Shown here one piece after another: positions 51,534-64,000 of a stretch of DNA of 64,000 nucleotides (its first letter is position 1; each line of letters begins with the position of its first letter). Where the stretch lies: contig NC_088855.1 of NCBI RefSeq assembly GCF_963853765.1, positions 36,704,001-36,768,000 on the forward strand. Direction: 5' to 3'. The stretch comes from Magallana gigas. Taxonomy: Eukaryota. A program made the translations under genes and the position numbers. The notes below the pieces were generated by a model, which was not told the origin of the DNA, did not search any database, and saw nothing but the letters and a program-made list of their open reading frames with translations.

Positions 51534-53516
51534 CCTTAATTAAGCCTTTTTGGCAGAATGCAGCTTAATTCCGCTAAATGAAGGTCATTGCTAAATATCT
51601 TCCATATATATGAGAATAGGAACTTCAGGAAAACATTCAAATCCATGCCAACTTGTTGAAAAACTATTTTGCACCAAATATTGTCCACTGTTCATGCCAC
51701 ATATAATATGTTCACAGCGAATGATTCAAACATATGGATACTGATCATAATGCGTTAGTATGAGGCTATCCAGTCTGTATTAGTGAGTTACATGATATGA
51801 CTCAATCAGTACAATCGTACAGGAAGAAGAAGAAAGAACTGTAGTCATATTTATTGGATTTACATGTAATAACTACTGGTAATAAGGTATAAAAGAACAG
51901 CTCATATACTAGCAACAGAGAAGGCTATTTTGTTTATTTTTTTAACCAAAAAAAGAAAAAAGAGAAGATATTGGATATATATTTTAATTAACCAATAAAC
52001 TTTCCAGTTAATCTACATGGACAAAAAGTTGTGTTACATAAAGATGACAACATTTAATTACAGAGAGAAATGTAAAAAAAAATATATAAAATTGGTACAA
52101 TTCTATACTAGACAAAAACATAGAATTATAGATATAAATATTTTTAGGACCTGAATGACAACACAGTATCTGAAAGATTCACATGAAGGATTCTGTTAAT
52201 ATTTGTTGTGTACCGGTATATGCAAATTAAACTACAAAAGCCATGCATAATAATTATTTTTATCCCAGTTATTAAGTTTCTTCTATGTGATTTACAGAAA
52301 GTTAAAACATTTAAGCTGACATACAACCACATATTCTATTAATATAAAGTATATGCCTGTATTTACATATAATGTAGTACCAGATATCCCATTAAAGATA
52401 TATATAATGTTGGTTTATAAGGATGATGTTATAAAATATCTGTAATTTGCATTGTATAGCAGCAGTATCACCCAATACCAGTTAATCAATCTTGAAATTG
52501 ATTCAAGTGTTTAAAATACCTAACAATCTAGAGCACAGAAAATAAAGCAAACATAACATATTAATACATGTACAGTCATTACAATAATCTCAACAAATAA
52601 AATTTTCTCAATTTATGGATAATGAATTTAGAATTTAACACACAAATCATTTCAATCCAATTTTTACAGTGTTTTAAACATCAGATTTATTTTTAGATTA
52701 GTTTCATACCATAAGAAGATGGCTATTTGCTCAAAAATTATTGAGAGAAAGCCACCAAAAAGCACTATGCATACCGGGAAGACTATCTGTTTTTATCAAC
52801 ATGCATGGTCTTACTGTTGAATTGTAGTCATAAGTACGAAATTTTTAAAGCTGTATCATGCAACTAAATTTTGATTTATTGTTTTAAAAAAAAATTATCA
52901 TTATGTACCAGTATATACAAACACAATTAACATTACTATAATACAAACATTTTTCAAGAGCATATTATTTTTAGAAATGAGGAAGAATTATTAATGGTGC
53001 ATCTTCAGTGAAAAAAATTCACTATGAAAAGTATTGATGTTCTTAACCTGGTATATATGTTTGCTAACGTTAACAGTACAAACCAAAAATAAACATATAA
53101 ATATTTTCTAATGAAACATAACAGGGAGATTTCTTGTTGTTTACAAAGATATTTGTTTTATTAGCTTTCATAACTATAATCTTCCTTGTAGATTTTGTTT
53201 GTTTGTTCTTTTTAAATAACAACTTGCACTTGATATTTTTAATGACTGTGATTCAGTTACATTGTAATGGCAAATTTAATTTATTTCTATGCACTAAAAA
53301 TCTTGAGTATACAGCTTTAACATTTACATCCTACCCTAAAGAAAACAGATATTACACGTAAAACATTTATGTAAATTCGGCAAAAATGAATTTAATTACA
53401 AGTAATAGCCACAGAAATTGTAAATATACATGATTAATCTAGAATTTATTGCTAATGAGATACAATTTGCCAGAAAAGCATGAAATGTTTATTTCTGGAG
53501 TTGTTGGTCAGACAGA

Positions 53517-58780
<5,264 letters not shown>

Positions 58781-58949
58781 TTGTATCGCCTGAAAATTCC
58801 TGCTAGAATATGTTAGTCAACTTAGTGCTGTCGAAACTTTCCTTTTGCGAATGAATAGTCAGGGTTATTTCAGCATAAGGTTTTCTGTATTAGAGTAAGC
58901 GTATAGAAGACTCAATTTTTTTTCGGATTGCCTCGAACGATGTTCTCTG

Positions 58950-58954
58950 ATTGG
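58950..58954. promoter_or_regulatory. CCAAT box (ATTGG) in the shared PDCD6 / divergent-gene promoter region
   Basis: CTCTGATTGGATG between two head-to-head genes. Confidence 0.4.
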
Positions 58955-59248
58955 ATGGTAAACACCCGAAAACAAAGTCCTTAGCAAATCTGTAAACAAT
59001 AATGGATTCCGTATTTTCATAAATGAAAAAGGTATAAGCGTTTACCTCTGATTTCTATCATTACTTTACTGTGTTTGCTACGAACAATCAACTAATGTTT
59101 ATTCAAAAGTAAATTCGCCATTTTTTAATTCCAAACCAAGAAAATGTTTAAAACTCTTTGGGTATAGATTAGAAATACGTAACGCAGTGGTGCATGTACG
59201 TTCACAGTGAAAACTTTATTTTCAAAATTTTAGGAATCTAACAACTAA

Positions 59249-60033
59249 ATGACCATGCCAGGGGAAAGATTATTATATGGAGCTGCGGGGGAGCCCCAGA
59301 ACACCACAGTACTGATGGAGACCATTTACAAGCTGAAACAGGAAATCCAGAAAAGCAATGCAGAGAAACAGGCCTTGGCAGAGCAACTAAACTGTCTCAT
59401 TCTCTTAGTGAAAAGGTACATTTGATTGTCATTACAAATGAGTCTCTGGGAAATTAAATTGGTTAATAGAATTAATATATATATTTTTATTTTTAAAAAA
59501 AGTGTAATATCATATGTCACCTTTTTTAAACGTATATATACAGTTGAAATCGATACGAAGGAAAAATTGTGAGATCTCTTCTTTGACACATCTTCTGTTT
59601 TTAACCCAGAAAGATTAACAAGAAAGAAAACAAATTCCTTACGGAGATTTGAAATGGAAATGGTTTACATCTTTTCTCAATGCGGAATTACTCGGGACAC
59701 CTCACACAATTTTTTTAAGCTAACACTATCATCTAGGTACTTTCATGTCATTTGCAATGCAAAATCCTCATTGACTTTATATATTTAGCCTCATATTGAA
59801 ACCTGACAAGCTAAAGGGAGTGTTATTGATCTGATTGAATAAACATCATTTGAACCCTGGGGTATTTATATAAAGATATCTGCATAAAACTCATGGGACA
59901 GAGTATAGAATTAAATGCTCATCATACAATAGATATCATACCAATATGTTTTTATTTTAAAACAGATCTTGGGATGGAGATCACAATGCTTCACTTCACT
60001 TAAGTAATATTGTAGGTAAGTATCAGGGGTATT

Positions 60034-60105
<72 letters not shown>

Positions 60106-62034
60106 CATCTACAACCTGCAATTTCATTATTTCATTATGTTCTTGAATTATGAGAATAATTTTTTGAGATATTTCAATTTTATTGTAATTAAAATTATTT
60201 TTCATGTGTATTGTGTATACATATTCTTGTTTCATTCAACATATAATTGACTATGAAGTATTTGAAATTAAAATTAATGTTTTGCAGGTGTTCCACCACC
60301 CAATTTCCATCACCCAAATAGCCCTGAGGGTATGACCACAAACACACCTGTACCAGAGAATGAAAGGGTATGAAAATATTTTAATACTCAGATATTTGAG
60401 CGAATACTTTTCTTTGTCTTTTTCATTCGCACAACAAGAGAGATACTCAAAGATCTACATAGAAAATGTAAAAGTTCCTTCCAATTAGTCCAATCATGAA
60501 TTAAAATTCTGCTTTGGATATAATTTTCAAGACAAAGGCTGTCCAGTTATGGGAGCGTTTAGCTATCAAACTTCTGGAGCAAGACAACATGAAGATCCAA
60601 CAGGAGATTCATCATCGTCAGCAGCTGTATATGGAGCGACGACAGATGTACATGGATGAACTCCTGGAATCCCATAAAAAGGAAATGTCTCAGCTTCCTG
60701 CCTCTCGCAGCAAGAAAAGTTTGGAGGAAGTAGACAAAAAGTTCATGAAAGTTTACAATAAGGTACAGATCTATCAGTAGTATCTTTCAGTGACCTGCAG
60801 ATTTTATAAATAAGATTTCAATAATTTAAAGCAATATGAGCTGTATTTTTTTAAATTTTATTTTGCTGCATTTTGCTGCAAAAACCTGCTAGTATGCTTA
60901 GTCTACATATAACTTAAACAATTTATGATAAATAAGTTTTGAAAAAAATCAATTTTTTTTTGTCAAAAAAAAGATTTATCTTCTAAGGGTATATAGCAGT
61001 TCAATTTTGTAGAGGATGACAATAATTCAATTTTGCTTCAATTAAAGCTTCTTGACGGCTTTCCTCACAAAGATAAGGCTAACAGAAATTTAAAAACCAT
61101 GATATTTTTTGTTATTTTAGTAGAAAATAACAGTTTGTAAAAAAAAAAATTCAGCATGAAAATTGCAGCTTATATTGCTTTAAAAGTAGAATTCCGGTCA
61201 TAAACACAATCAAGTAATCATTCGATAAGCTTAAATTTTGAATGTTTTTCTGCAGGGTTCCAATATCAACAGACCCTCTAGTGGAACAAGCACAACACAA
61301 GCTCGAGCAAAGAGCGCAGTCACCAGAACTAGAAAAGACAGTTCAAATGGAATTGAGTTAACCATAAATGACATACTCCATCCAGAGCATGCTCATCTAA
61401 GACAAGAGACTAACACTGTATGTAAAATGATAACAATTTATAAAAATTAGATCAATCTCAATACTAAATACATTTCCATGCCATGTACATATTAAAGTTT
61501 CATTTGAGTGAATATATATATATTTTTTTAATCTTATGAGCAGGCCTTCTCCGGACTATACAAGTTGGACAAGGAGAATACCAGGCACCAGTCCCACAGT
61601 CGACTGGACTATGACGACCCAGACAGATACAAACCCGCTGTAAGTAACACACCATTTCTAGCCATCCTTAGTTATATAATGTATCTAATTTGATGATAGA
61701 AACTTTCAAATTTAAAAAATCAAGAGAAAACACCTAAATTGACATTAATGTTCATTTATCTTGACAAGATCCTTTTAAGTACACCAAATTGTACTTAGTC
61801 AATTTATAGAGTATTTTTGGGACTTAAAAAAAATTATTTTCAATTTGATGATCTCAATCTTAATATTTTGCATTTTTAGCATGCCTTTTTTAATGTTTCT
61901 TAACCAGGGTAATCTCTTTGACCTGGATTCGGTGTTTGGACCAGATGACCAAGTACCAGCTTCCAAGCGACCAATCAGTGCATTCCTTCCAAATAGCTTG
62001 GAGAGACAGAAACAGAGGCCAAAGAGTGCAGGAG
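59249..62034 (+). CDS. Uncharacterised coiled-coil protein, 5' part; continues rightwards (possible further exon 63597-63621)
   Basis: Exons 59249-59415, 59966-60015, 60288-60367, 60532-60762, 61256-61417, 61544-61639, 61908-62034 join in frame with GT-AG. Heptad-rich segments LKQEIQKSNAEKQALAEQL and LEQDNMKIQQEIHHRQQLYMERR. Family not recognised. Confidence 0.85.
59544..59907. repeat. Dispersed repeat copy B (see 23565-23970), in intron of the coiled-coil gene
   Basis: Collinear similarity with copy A. Confidence 0.8.
60038..60103. repeat. (GA)33 microsatellite
   Basis: Read directly; source of the SLSLSL ORF artefacts. Confidence 0.95.
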
Positions 62035-62090
62035 GTTTGTTGATTAGCTGGTCGAGAATACGAAGTGCATTAATGCCTGTATTTATCATA

Positions 62091-62287
62091 CTGTACACAG
62101 GGAAATATTATCCCCATTTATTTTGCATCTCATTTAGCCGCGTTGTCAGCGGGAGAATTTAAGACTGGGCGAATTACACTGTCTCAAACCATCTCTCTTT
62201 AAATACAACCATATCTGGGCGAATTCAAAACGTTTGCAAGTGAAGAAGGGCAAAAATAATGTGGGGTGTAAATAAACCTGAATACAG
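62091..62287. mobile_element. TA-TSD MITE (CTGTA...TACAG)
   Basis: TA|CTGTACACAGGGAAATATTATCCCC ... GGGGTGTAAATAAACCTGAATACAG|TA. Confidence 0.75.
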
Positions 62288-62449
62288 TACATGTATCTGG
62301 ATTGCTATTGGATGCTTGGATCACCCATTTAATATTTTTGGATGCTATTCAATGAGTTTTAGACAGTGCTACTGTAATTAGGATATATAAATGTGCCAAA
62401 CAAATTTAATTATCAGACAGAGGGTATATAAAAAAATTAACCGTAGATA

Positions 62450-62825
62450 CAGTAAAACTTGGTTATATCGCAATTCTAGTGACCATTTGATTTACTTTTG
62501 CTTTATCTGTAATTTGTTAGTACTGTACGTGTAACAAATTTTTAATAATAAACAAAGCAAATTCGTTTTATACATGTTTTCTTCTACATAACCACCATTT
62601 ATGTTTATTAAGGCATTAATATTTCAAAAGTACATTTTAGGAAACTGAAACTAATCTAATTGGTTACTGAAAAATAAATTTATTTATACTATTATATCAA
62701 TTAGTATTTCTAACTTCAACAATTTTAAACCATTCATTAAAAACGATGAAAATTTTTATATTTTATACCTATACGAAGCTCAAAATCAGCATTGCTACAA
62801 CTGTAAATCCATTATAACCAAGTTT
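62450..62825. mobile_element. Degenerate Tc1/mariner-type MITE
   Basis: CAGTAAAACTTGGTTATA at the left; TATAACCAAGTTT at the right, with the extreme right end decayed. Confidence 0.45.
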
Positions 62826-64000
62826 GTTTTTAACCATAAAATTTCACAAGGATTAGTGAAGAAGACTGCCGGGGACTTTGCAAAACTTTGCTACATAAGA
62901 TATTTCGCTATATTTGTGTTTGTACTAAACTGTATAATGTTTATTCAACTTTTGAGTCATTTTACCCAAAAGCACTGACACAGAGAATACAGGTCATGTC
63001 CTTATCATTTTCTCATTGGGATTTACCTGGTAAACAATGAAAATAAATTTGGATTTTCCAGTTATAAAATTGAGTTAATCAGTATATTAGCTTTATAGTC
63101 ATAAGAGGAAGCAATAGATGTTCTTTAATGACCTGTATTATAGAGAGGCCCATGGAATGACTCTAACTTGATAAGGAAATTCATCTAAAAGTGGTTAATA
63201 TGACATTTTATAAATTTGATTCAAGATCCATCATTATACATTCATATCAAGGGTCTGAAGCCCTCTTTAGCAATTGCCAATGCAATTTTGCTCTCCTGCC
63301 TTCTTATTCGTAAGATTCTGCCTTGTTTTTTAATAAAACATTTCTCATAAAAACAAAGTTAAAAGTTTATTAAAATTTTATGAACATACATTTTATGAAT
63401 ATGTGTACCAGGTCCAAAGTTGATGAGCATTTCGTTAATTTATATTTCATGAATAGTCCAAAGTTTATTAGAATACATAACTTTGAACTGGAACTCAAAT
63501 AAGCACTTAATGTAATTGAGAACTCTTATACTTTTATCACTCAGAGAATTCATTCTATAACTGTTAACATGAATTAATAATCATGTTTTTCTACAGATTC
63601 AAAAATTCATTATATCTGCAGGTATCCTTAGTCTGTTATTCAGTGGGCCAACTGATTATTGCATCAAAACTGTTATTGTAAAGAAATTCTATTCTACAAT
63701 CTATAGTTAATGTGAATCTACATGTATTTACTTTCTTTATGATGATGAATTGAATAAGTATATAATTGGCTTCACATGAATTGCTTATATCTATTCTTTC
63801 AACAAAATAAAATTGAATCATCACTGGAACATTTTCCCAAAATGTATGATTATTTTAGGTAAAATGGGTCTTTATTTTATTGACAAGAAAAGACTATTAA
63901 ACAGGATGTGCAAGTTATATATAAGTCAAGTAATACATGTATCTATCTAAATTTGGTTTTTTTGGTCAGATACTGTATGGACTTGTATCACAGTATCAGT

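Noticed and set aside
59911-60235. SLSLSL-repeat ORFs
   Set aside because: Antisense translation of the (GA)n microsatellite.
61845-61907. TM-like start of ORF 61845-62162
   Set aside because: Polypyrimidine intron sequence before the acceptor at 61907.

Overview
AT-rich eukaryotic genomic DNA with spliced genes. The repeat style and gene content suggest a bivalve, probably an ostreid oyster (inference). Genes, left to right: the 5' coding exon of a TRH-receptor-like GPCR (-, runs off the left edge); a 12-coding-exon SLC7A9/b(0,+)AT-like amino-acid transporter (-) with about 17 kb of candidate alternative first exons; an apolipoprotein D-like lipocalin (+); a small secreted Cys-rich peptide gene (-); ADCK5 (+); PDCD6/ALG-2 (-); and an unrecognised coiled-coil protein gene (+, runs off the right edge). 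Many MITEs, palindromic elements and microsatellites lie between and within them. Most interesting signals: (1) both convergent neighbours ADCK5 and PDCD6 carry a tandemly duplicated, frame-enforced mutually exclusive exon pair, and each inter-exon intron has complementary arms near its two ends (a perfect 15-bp stem in PDCD6); (2) an array of 8 covarying hairpins with a fixed GT-CTCTCC...GGAGGG-C core in SLC7A9 intron 2; (3) a 58-aa ShKT-like 7-Cys secreted peptide; (4) strong excess of TACATGTA/TACCGGTA octamers that look like transposon excision footprints. All exon models were assembled by eye from GT/AG sites and frame continuity. No searches or folding programs were run.
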